A DNA stretch of 63,799 nucleotides, filler included, from Nemertoderma westbladi (taxonomy: Eukaryota; Animalia; Xenacoelomorpha), in assembly GCA_032718475.1 (NCBI GenBank). It is 3 parts of 3 records of this genome, joined end to end, with 100 filler letters (N's around TTAATTAATTAA, not from the genome) between each part and the next. Parts side by side here need not be neighbours in the genome. Positions count along the whole stretch, not along the records: positions 48,631 to 63,799 come from JAUCBJ010004531.1; 2 more parts are not named here. One strand, 5' to 3'. The notes beneath the pieces are model-generated. The model did no database searches. It saw only the letters and a program-made list of their open reading frames with translations, and was not told the DNA's origin. Position numbers and translations under genes: made by a program. Below are positions 50,181 to 60,780 of the stretch, one piece after another. The stretch's first letter is position 1, and each line of letters starts with the position of its first letter.

Positions 50181-50350
50181 GTTGTGGTGTAGCTACTTTC
50201 TTCGATCCAACGGGTGCTATTACTTCTCCTAACTTCCCCAATGGATACCACCCCAACACGGATTGTGAATATCATGTCTCTTTGGTTCTTGGTCAGATTA
50301 TTCAAATTCATTTGGCAGTGGAAGAGACAGCGACAGGTGCTATGTTAACG
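50181..50350 (+). CDS. Internal exon encoding the N-terminal half of a CUB domain
   Basis: Acceptor tctttgtAG and donor GTATGT. Phase-1 start, typical of extracellular modules. Peptide 'CGVATFFDPTGAITSPNFPNGYHPNTDCEYHV' fits the CUB consensus. Confidence 0.8.
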
Positions 50351-51534
50351 GTATGTTAGAAAAATATTTTATATGAATATGACACCATTATGCAAAATTA
50401 TTTAATTATATACAATCTTGCACTAACATTTCACTGCAAAACTATTTATTTATATTACATTATGTAACATAAACAGGGAGCGATCAGCCATGTTAATCCT
50501 CAGCTCTTCTGCATTATCAAGACTACAGTAGTATGATTTCACTAGTCATTTATTAAATGACAATGACCAACAGTCCCACTCTCCAAACTTTCTTTTAACA
50601 GGCAACAGCTAGACAAAATATGTATGATGACTGCCGATATGATATCATTTCATGAGATCAAGATCATTTCCTTGGATTTATATGATCTATGATAGCAGTA
50701 GTCAGCAAGTCATTGCACTCGTTTCACATTTCAGACATTGTGCAGAATCGAACAAGGTTTAGTTTATAAATTACTTTCCTCGTAATAAAAAAGGAAGTAT
50801 ATGTGGGGCGAGCCACGAAGTAAGTGAGCCTTAGCATAGGGGTATAATTGAATTAATCAACCTGTAATTCTGTTATTCTGTTGTTATGTCATGTCCTCTT
50901 TTAAACGTTGATAACTCGGTCAAACCTTGATGAAATCTATAAAAAAAATTGGTACACATGATGTTTGGCAAAAGTTAGGACATTTTCTGTTAATTATTAT
51001 TAATTATAAAATTAAAATTAAATATTAATTAATTATTAATTTATTTGTGGCCTTTGAGAAGCTAATATAAAAGCAATAAATTCGTTAATTAAATATTAAT
51101 TGCGGTAAAAACAGCTATTTCAAGCCTGTCATTTAAAGAAAATTAATTATTATACGATTTCAATAATTATACAACTGCTTATACTAATGCTTATTTAATA
51201 TTGCTCAGTTAATCAATAAATGAACAGATATTTAAATAAATGCTGCTCCTGCTTCGTAAGGGTATGTGCGACCAGTCAGTGTCAGCACCCGGACTGGGAA
51301 AGGTTGCACCAAGTTGTCCCGCCATGGCAATGTCAGGTTGCAGGAACCCCCACAACATCAATCCTCCAGAGTCGCACCCATGTACTGTACTACACACCAG
51401 GCCCAGGATCCTCCTCAAATCTCACCCATAAACAGCCGCTCCGACTATGATCCCGAGATGACTTTGGAGGCTGCAACGTCTAGTGAGAGCAGCGATGGGG
51501 ATACCAGTGGCGATTCGACCGTTTCAACTTTGCT

Positions 51535-52338
51535 TGTGACGGTATCAGAGGATCTCGACCGGTATGTGGTTTATGTACGCGTCCCTGCCGTGTGAATGAA
51601 AAAGGGTTCGTTGTTGTTCCGATAATGTTGATGAATATAAAATATAGTATATAATGAGCAAACAGATAGCACAGTTGAAGTACAGAATGATCGGTAATAT
51701 TGAATGTGATGGTGACGGCGGTTACGGTAAAAGAGTGTTACTGTACTGCCCTAACTGACTGAGCAACTGAGTAAACTGAATATGTGATGAAACACCGACC
51801 GGTAATATACTACATTACATTGGCCTGTTACTTAGCTTATGCCTTCCTGTCTCCCCATTGGTTGATAACCCAATTCTCGGCTCCCACCTCTGTGGGAGTG
51901 TTTCCCCCTCTGCTACTGTTACTTTCCCTCTCCCTGAGGCTTAACCTCTGACCTCCATTGTATACGGCCCTTTGGGGGTTCGTTGCCCCCGTTTATTGGG
52001 GGTGGTACGAGGTTGATTGGTAATCAACCTCGTGCTTCCCAATATTGCTTAAAGGCGCCGTCTCCCAACTTTATGGGGTGGTTAGCGGAATTGAATCCGC
52101 TAACACTCCCCCCCATGCTATCTTCCCGGTGAGAAGATAGCATCAACCTCTAGTGCGCTTCAATTCCGCTGGAACCCGGTTTACTACCGGGTGTGGGGTG
52201 GAGTTATTTTCTTGGAGTCGGCTTTCCAGGCCGCTCCCTATGGGTATGATATTTCTACCCTCTCTTGGTGCAACTTCACCTATGTTGCACCAAGACATCT
52301 GGCGTCTCGGTGTCGAGCCAATTGTGGTTTCTGTCACA
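51535..52338 (-). mobile_element. 3' LTR of Bel/Pao element 1
   Basis: TGTGAC...GTCACA termini. Homologous along its length to 60023-60780. CCAAT-like and TATA-like motifs on the minus strand. Confidence 0.8.
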
Positions 52339-52809
52339 CAATTTTTGTTTCCTCAACACTCTCTCCACTCTAACTCCACTCTAACTGACTCTAACTTCTC
52401 CCCCACTCTAGCTCTCTGACCTTCTTGTCCCTCACTCTACCTCTCACCCCCCCCCCCCCCCCACACACACTTGAATTGCACTCGCACTCTCTCCACGCGT
52501 TCTATACTCGATCTTCACCCCCGATTCTCTTGCTCCTGACAGGCCTCACCCTCCCTTCCTGTGCTGTCGCACTCAAGAAGTGTGAAGTCGTCTAGTGTCC
52601 TGTTCTGTCATAGTCAATTGGTCCCCAGTCCCAGTAGCTAATTGGAAAAGGTTATATGACTATAGTACTTACTTTTGATTATATTTACTTATTTGACTAT
52701 ACTAATGATTATTACGTATGTACATACTAATTGCACTTTTCAATTAAATTTTGCACTTAGGAGTTCGTACTTCTCACGGGGTGCCTTCCAGGCATCCCAC
52801 ATCCAAGTT

Positions 52810-55402
52810 CTAGTTCGTTCTACCTGACTTTGGGAACCATCTCAACTCCTTCCCTCTGTCGTCCTCCTCCCTCGGTCGTTTCCTGGCCGCTGCCGCTCCC
52901 TTGGTCTTATCCCCTTTTAAGTTTCTGACCCTCACCGTTACCTCTCTACTTATTCCCGTCGTCGACTCCTTGGGCTCTGGTGTTATCAGCTCCCGGTATC
53001 GCTTCGCGGGTGGCCCCTCCGAATGGCCCTGTTGTCTCCCCCTAGTGGCATCCCATATGATCACTTTCATCGCCCGCGGCACATGCTCCGCCAAGAAATC
53101 TCTGAACTCTCCTCGGTTCTGTGGTGTCCACCTGTCCAAATGCCTCTGCGTATTTATCACCCTGGCATACGACGCCGCCGTTGACACCTCCTGGTAGGTA
53201 AACGGAAGTATCCGTTTAATAATCCCCAGGTGGGCCTTCTGGTTGATATTAAAGAAGCCCCACCGGAACTCCTGGGCCTTCATTCGGGTCATGGTGCCGA
53301 CATCGGCCCACTCCTCGAAGATCCTAAACTTTTCTTCGTCATCCATCCAGTCGCACTGGCGTCCGTAGTGCCCCCGGAAGTTGCACTTAGAGCACCAGTT
53401 GTGCAACCGTGGACACGCCCCCATCCTGTGGCTCGACTCGCGGCAGTAGAGACAACTAGTCCCTTTCTGGAATCGGTACAAACAGCTCCTTTCCTGGTGA
53501 GTTTGCCTCCCGCAGTAATCGCAGCCGAGCACCAATGTCTCCCGCCCCACGTCGTCTTTCATCCCAAGTGATCTCCTCGGTCTGTGGAGTTGCTGGTACT
53601 AGCTCTCGCTAGTACCAGCAAGTTGCTGGTAAGCAAACTTTTGGACGTTAGCGTCCCTGTCCATGTCTATCTCCTCGCCCCTCCCGGGCATCGTCCCTCC
53701 GAATACTACTCGTGGTGCCGTTCCCGGTTGCTCGCCCAACCTGATGGTGCTCCCCGCGAAATCCATCACCGGCTCCTTATGCACCCAGGCCCGCTTGCCT
53801 GGTCTATCCCAGAAGGCTCCCGCCCCACTGGCCGTCACCACCCTCCCGCCAACCCAGTCCGTGTCCGAGTGGCCGATCCTCCTGATGGGCGGCATCTCTC
53901 TGAACTCGTCGTCATCCTCGTCCTCCTCTGGGAGTGGCTCCAATCCCGGTATCCTGGTGGATCCACTGTGTCCCTTCCCACATTGGCTCTCGCCCGTGAT
54001 CTTCCATCCTTCCAGCTCCCCCAATCTCCTCTGCGCGAAATCGCCCTCGGCGCCCGCTGGTATGGGCGTCGCCTGCAGTCCCGATGTCGACTGTTTCGGT
54101 GACCCCACCGTCCACCCCAACTCTCGCCCCAGAGACTCGCCCGAACTCCCCAATGACGTCCAACGAAGTTCGTCCAAGGCCGCCCGTTCCTCGAACCCGC
54201 AGCTCTCTGCTCTGGCTGCCTCCTCCCTTTCTTCTGCCTCTCTCCTTTCTCGTCTAGCGATTTCTTCCAATCGCTTCGCTTCTCGTCTATCCGCCTCTAG
54301 CTGCTCCCACCTCTGATATGGCATATCCACATCCCTGTCTACTAGATGTCGGCAGTTGTAATACACCGACTCACCCTTCAGGCCCGGGTGGTCTACCAGA
54401 CCCTCGAAAGCCACTCTGAAGGTTCTTCTGTAGTTCAGGGGTGATTCCGATAGCAGGAATGCTGATGGTTCTCTCTCGATAACCATGGTGATGAATATGT
54501 TTAGCAAACCTATCATTATCCAGTCCTCCTGCAGGATATATCGCTTCTGATATACCTTTATCACTCCTCTCCGGAATTGATACACCTCTTGCTTCCCTGG
54601 CCTTGCTCCCCACTGCAGCGAGTTTGCCAACTCCGCTCCGTACTCCTCCCTGAATTTACCCCAGTCCATTGGTTTGTGGCATACGAGCCCCATTAGCTGG
54701 CCCATCGCCACCGCTCCACAATGGCCTATGTTCTCCACTAGTCCCAACCCGTCTGGCGCCGTCATAGCCATGTAGACCGTTTGCATATCCAGGAGGTTGA
54801 GGTCTCCGGACCGATGATCCTCTCCGCATCGTCGCGGATCGCCGATCCCACCTTTATCGTTGACTTCTCCATTACTAGACTCTGCACTGCTTTCGGTAGC
54901 CGGTTCAACTTCGGTCGTTCTTCTTTCCATATGTCCCTAGATCGAACAGGAATATATCCCCATTTGGCGTGGCCAAATGCAGGAGTATGGTTCTGGCCGA
55001 CCCCGCCGACCCTCTCCTCGAACCTTCCTCGTCTTCCACGGTCCCCTCATCGTCCAGGACCATGTATCCTCCACTGCTGACGGACTCTACGAACCTCTTC
55101 CAATCCTTTCTCGGTGGCTCCTTTTCGTACTTCGGTATCCCGAACTTCGCCACGTCTCCTTTCACCATGTAGTGGAAATGCTCGAAGATCGCGTTGTCTA
55201 GCGACGGTGTCCCGTAGGTCCCAACCAGTTGCTGTTCGTGCACCTCCCTGAAATGGTCCTGTAGCGCTCGCGCTTTGTGACCACTCTCTAACTGCTCATA
55301 GTATCCCCTCGTCTTCTCTTCCGGATGCCTCTCGGTGAAATCCACCAGTATCTCCTTTCCTCCCACCTCCGCCTTTCTCTTTCGAACAAGTTTCTCCGCC
55401 AT
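52810..55402 (-). pseudogene. Extra ORF of Bel/Pao element 1: DEDDy-type 3'-5' exonuclease-like domain, charged linker and three CCHC zinc knuckles; two frameshifts and one in-frame stop
   Basis: 'YMVLDDEG..LLHLATPNGDIFLFDL'; shifted frame 'LPKAVQSLVMEKSTIKVGSAIRDDAERI'; 'NLLDMQTVY'; 'QKRYILQED'; three CX2CX4HX4C motifs within 52810-53562. Confidence 0.72.
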
Positions 55403-55899
55403 TTCGAACTCTCTCAATCACTCACCTGTAAGGTGGTGCCTTGCCAAGGCGCAGTACAGATGAGTGATAAAGTTAGGATGGTCTGTGCAGTTCGATAATG
55501 GCCTATCTCTTGCTGTGCGTTAGGTTATCGCCTGATTTTCCTACCTTAATTTCTAAAAGTGCCTAATTTTACCAAATTTCGTAATTCTGCCCGTTACTTA
55601 AATTATGTTCCAGAATATTTCTCCTACTGTTACCATAATTTGTCTAATTTCCTAATTTTATTTATTTTTAATATTTAATTTAATCCTACTACTGTGCTAT
55701 CAGTATCTGCCAATGGATTATTATATTTTATAATCCACATTCTGGCCTACTCTGTGGGCTTGTGCAGTACAACAGTATGCGTCGCGTGGACGATTTATCC
55801 AGCTGTACCCACGTGCCCCCCTCTCGCTACTCATTACTAACTCTACTAATTTTCCAGCTAATTTCTGCTGACTCTTACTATATACTATATTATACATAT

Positions 55900-56570
55900 C
55901 CTCCTATCACTAACTCTTACTGCTAACGGTACTATACGTACCCTCCTACTAACTTTTCTACTAATTCCTACTATGTACTATGTACCGGTACTATGTACTC
56001 TCTTACTAACTAGCTCTACAACTAACTCTTACTAATCGATACTACGTACCCTCTTACTAACTAACTAACTCCAACTAATGGTACTACGTACCCTCTTACT
56101 GACTTCTAACTCCACTAACTCTTACTAACCGGTACTACGTACCCTCTTACTAACTAACTAACTCCAACTAACGGTACTACGTACCCTCTTACTAACTTCT
56201 AACTCCACTAACTCTTACTAATCGGTACTACGTACCCTCTTACTAACTAACTCCACTAATTCTTACTAATCGGTACTACGTACCCTCTTACTAACTAACT
56301 CCACTAACTCTTACTAATCGGTACTATGTACCCTCTTACTAACTAACTAACTCCAACTAACGGTACTACGTACCCTCTTACTAACTTCTAACTCCACTAA
56401 CTCTTACTAACCGGTACTACGTACCCTCTTACTAACTAACTAACTCCAACTAATGGTACTACGTACCCTCTTACTAACTTCTAACTCCACTAACTCTTAC
56501 TAATCGGTACTACATACCCTCTTACTTACTTACTAACTCTTACTAACTTCTATCTGCCTACTTACTTACT
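55900..56570. repeat. Tandem array of about 42-46 bp (GGTACTACGTACCCTCTTACTAAC...) between pol and the extra ORF
   Basis: More than 10 copies of the core. The same core occurs at 62180-62580. Confidence 0.9.
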
Positions 56571-56799
56571 GCGTACTTACTATGTACTACTTTCCTTTCT
56601 CTTTCTCTCTTTCTCTATTATTTTTTATTTTATTAATTTTTTTATATTTATGTGTGGGAAGGGCGTCTCGCCCTCAATCCCACCCCCCTCAGTCCAACAC
56701 TTGGACGACTAACTCTACGGTGCGCCCTCTAGAAGGCAACATTTCCCTACAGCCCTCCGATAGGTCTTCCTATCTTTCGCTCGTATCTTTCCACCTATT

Positions 56800-59475
56800 C
56801 GCACTTCTACCGATCAGACACTTCTGCCCTCATCGGAGTAAGTGCCCACAACTCTCGCCAATCTCCATTGGTTGTTGATGATGGTATCATCTGTGATGAT
56901 CACCAGATCACCCCCAACTCCCTATTTGTATTTCTCCACTTGCTCCTCCTATGAAGCGTGGGTAGATATTCCTCGACCCACCTCCTCCAGTACTCCGCGC
57001 TTATCGCCTTAGCGACTTTCCAACTCTGTTAGGAGTGTATATCGTCTGGGTCTACACCCCGCATGTCGATGGTCGCTGGTCTCTCCATTAGAAAGTGACT
57101 GGGCGTCAACACATCTAATGATTCTGGGTCATCATTTTCTGGGTATAGCGGTCTGCTATTAATGATACCCTCGCACTTTGCTAGTACCATCCTTAGTACG
57201 TCCTCTGTTACCATGTGGGTGTTCATCAACTTTGTCATCAGACGTTTGGAACTACCCACGAGTCTCTCGACGCATCCTAGAGTATGCGGAGCATACGGCC
57301 ATCTGCCATCTCGTTCTCCACCCCCACAAAGTTGGTTCCGTTATCCGAGTATATTACTGCAATCAGCCCACCTTTGCGGTCTCTGAACCTCTCTAGGGCC
57401 AGACCATTGATCGACCATCGGCATTGATGAATGCCGATGCGGTTGCGTCTTGGGCGAGTTCTATCCCTACCGCCCGCGTGTTATTACATACGAAGATAAT
57501 GCCGTAGCGCTTCTCCATGTGCCGCATCACCTTGATCTTTATTGGCCCGAACATATCCACACCGCAGTGCGTGAATGGCGGGTCGTGCTGTCTCACCCTA
57601 CTGGCCAGTAGTAGCGCCATCTCCTGTATGGCCCACTCCTTGGTCCTTGGTCCTCCTGTATGGTCCTCCGGCAGGTCTGGCACTGCCCCACTACCGCCTT
57701 TACCTTCTTCCTTAACTGTTTGACCCAAAAGGTCCTCCGTATCTCCGTGAGGGTTCCCTCTAGTGTTACTTCCTCTGAGCCTGGGTCCACCTTCTTCATC
57801 GGTGGCCAGGCTGTCCTGTCGTTCAGGAATTGTGGTCCATGCTGCCACAATACTTCCTTCTTCAAGAAAGTGTGGCGTGCCACGCCCCTCAATAACAAGT
57901 CCGCTGGGTTCTCGTCCGTTGGGCAGTAGTGCCACCTTTCCAACTCCCTCGTCGCTCTTATTTCGTCCACCCTATTTGCGACGAATATAGGGTTTCTCGT
58001 CCTTTCATTGTGTAGCCAACCAAGCACTACCATGGAGTCCGTCCAGTAGTGTGTTTCCACTATGTTGGGAATAGCATGCATCAGATAGGCTGTGGCTCTT
58101 ACTCCTAATCTCGCAGCTGTCAACTCGAGTTTCGGGACTGATGCTGAATCTGGCGGCGTTGACTTTGCTTTGCTGAATGCGAGTCTGGGCTTATGAGCCC
58201 CTTCTCGTTGTACTAGGTAGAGTGCCGCTCTGTATGCCTCCAATGATGCATCGGAGAACATGTGTAGGTCCAGATTCGTCATGTCCCCATCCGGGAAATA
58301 CACGCGTGGCATGCTGTATGTCCCCATCAGTTCTAAACTCTCTGTCCACTTGCACCACTGCTTGCTGATCTCTTCCGGTACCTCCGTGTCCCACTCATCC
58401 TTCAGCTTGTATACTTTATTAAGTATCTGTTTCCCCGTGACTAATAATGGGGATGCTAGGCCTAGGGGATCGTATATCCTCGCTATGTACGATACATAAC
58501 CCCTCTTTGTGTGGATGTTCGCGCCCTCCTGGCTCAATTGGTACTTCAATTCGTCTGTTTCTCAGTGCCACACGATCCCTAGTGCCTTCTGTTGGGACTC
58601 TATCCTCTTGTTCGCCATGTCCTGTCCCTTGGCTGTCGTGGGATTATCCATGGTCGATTCTGGCCTCCTGTCCTCTATGGCTTTGATAAATTCTTCCGAA
58701 CTGGATTGGAACTTGGTCAGGTTAAACCCGGATCCTTTTAGGATATCGCTAACCTCGCGCCCCTTATCCAGTAGTTCTTTAACCGTGTTTCCAAGCTCCA
58801 TTCCGTCGTCTACATAGAAGCCGCGTCGAATCATATCGACGGCTTTAGCCCTGTATCTCTCCTCTTTACCCTCTACTGTGTTTCTTACAGCCACAGTCGT
58901 CGTGAATGAGGACGACTTGGCACCCATATTCTGCACCACCATCTTGTACATCGGTATTGTCGACGGTTCCTCATCGCCGTTGTACCATAGGAAGCACTGA
59001 CTGTCGCTATCCTCTTCCGTTACATGGACTTGGTTGAACATGCCTTCGATGTCGCAAGTGAAGGCGTGCTTCCCGTTCCTGAATCTGAGTAGGACCTCGA
59101 TCCCTGAGTTATAGATGTTGGGACCCTCTAACAGATAATCGTTTAGGCATTTGCCATTGGTCTTAGCCGATGCGTCAACTAACATCCGCAGTTTACCTTT
59201 CTTCGGATCTAGAGTCACGTGAAGTGGCAGGTAATAGGTCCTGTCCGTGTTCGGTTCGTCGACCGGTAACTCCACAGCCCATCCTTTCTCAACATACTTC
59301 CTGATCGTCTTATGAATGTACTCTTTCTTTTCAGGGCTCCAACTTACGAAGCCTCGTGAGTACCATTCCTTTGTTGTCGGGTAGCGGTAGTTTTGGTAGT
59401 TTCCATACCATCCCTATGGTATACCGCCCCTCATCGCATGTCATCGATTCCTTTACACTTTGTAAAGCCTGCTTA
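56800..59475 (-). mobile_element. Bel/Pao pol, decayed: RT, Pao-type RNase H and integrase
   Basis: RT 'YYLPLH..KLRMLVDAS..CLNDYLLEGP..DIEGMFNQV..FYVDD'; 'YDPLGLASP', 'LHMFSDAS', 'PKLELTAA', 'YWTDS', 'ENPADL'; integrase 'GVDMFGP', 'INSRPL', 'LTPSHFL'. Confidence 0.93.
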
Positions 59476-59476
59476 T

Positions 59477-60022
59477 TAGGGTAGATCGAAAAAAAATTTT
59501 GGAAATGAAACTTTTCCCTATGTTAGAAATGTGTGAAATTGCCTAAAACCACAAAAAAACATCACTATCCCAATTTTTGACAATGCATGACCCCCGCACA
59601 ATTAGTTCAAACAAACAACATTTTTTACAAAACTATGTAAAATTAATTCATTTAGAAAGAATTTTTTTTTTTTTAATATCACTTTTCCCAGTACCAGAAC
59701 TGTCTGAAATGGCCCAAAACCACAAAAAAACATCACTATCGCAATTTTTGACAATGCATGACCCCCGCACAATTAGTTCAAACAATCAACATTTTTTACA
59801 AAACTATGTAAAATTAATTCATTTAGAAAGAATTTTTTTTTTAATATGACTTTTCCCAGTGCCAGAAGTGTCTGAAATGGCCTAAAACCACAAAAAACAC
59901 AACTTTTAAAAATGTTCACACTGCATGACCCCCGCACAATTAGTGCAATGTTTTATAAAACTATGTAAAATGAAATAATTTAGACATAATTTTTTTTTTT
60001 ATATGAATTTTCCCATTGCTAG
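59477..60022 (+). repeat. Tandem repeat of about 170 bp, 3 copies; probably the end of a DNA element that truncates pol and is itself cut by the next LTR
   Basis: CATGACCCCCGCACAATTAGT at about 59587, 59757 and 59924. Confidence 0.8.
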
Positions 60023-60780
60023 TGTGACGGGATCGGAGGATCCCAGTTTATCCGGTGTTGTTTGTGTACGCGTCAGCCGCACCGTGTGATGGAAAATGTA
60101 ATAGTTCGTTATTGTTCCGATGTTATTGATAATATAGATATAATGATGCAAGTATAGAAGTATAATAGCAGATAGCAGTTGACCGGTAATATGGGTATGT
60201 GGTTGGTGACGGCGGTGACGGTCTTAAACTGTCACCGTACTGCCGTGACTGTACTGAGATAACTGACTAACTAAACTAAGCATCAACCGGTAATATACTC
60301 TAGGTTGGCCGTGTTACTCAGCTGATGCCCTGCTGTCCCCCCATTGGCTAGTAACCTACTTCACACCCTGAACTTTGTGGGAGAGTTTCCCCCCCCCCCC
60401 CCACTGCTGTTACTCTCTCTCCTTGACCTCTAACCTCTATTGTGTGAGGCCCTTTGGGGTTTGTCGTCCCCACTTATTGGGGTGATACAAGGTTGATTTG
60501 TAATCAACCTTGTACTCCCAATATTGCCTAATACCAACTTTGTGTGGGCTTGGTTAGCGGAATTGAATACGCTAACACTCCCCCCCATGCTATCTTCCCG
60601 GTGAGAAGATAGCATCCACCTCTAGTGCGCTACAATTCCGCTGGATCCCGATCTACTATCGGGTGTGGGGTGGAACTATTTTCTTCGGAGCCGGCTTTCC
60701 AGGCCGCTCCCTATGGGTATGATATCGCTACCCCGTTTTCCTGGCGTCCCGTGTCGGGCCGATCGTGACTTCCTCTCACA
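60023..60780 (-). mobile_element. 3' LTR of related element 2
   Basis: TGTGAC...TCACA termini. Homologous to 51535-52338 and followed by the same internal sequence, so the two LTRs are not a 5'/3' pair. Confidence 0.8.

Noticed and set aside
52810-53562. Zinc-knuckle ORF as the element's gag
   Set aside because: It lies downstream of pol next to the 3' LTR and is in frame with the exonuclease-like region. Its knuckles are all CX2CX4HX4C rather than the variable spacing typical of Bel/Pao gag. A gag-derived origin is not excluded.
51535-60780. The two LTRs as the 5'/3' pair of one intact element
   Set aside because: Both are followed on the same side by the same internal sequence, they are substantially diverged, and no gag lies between pol and the second LTR.
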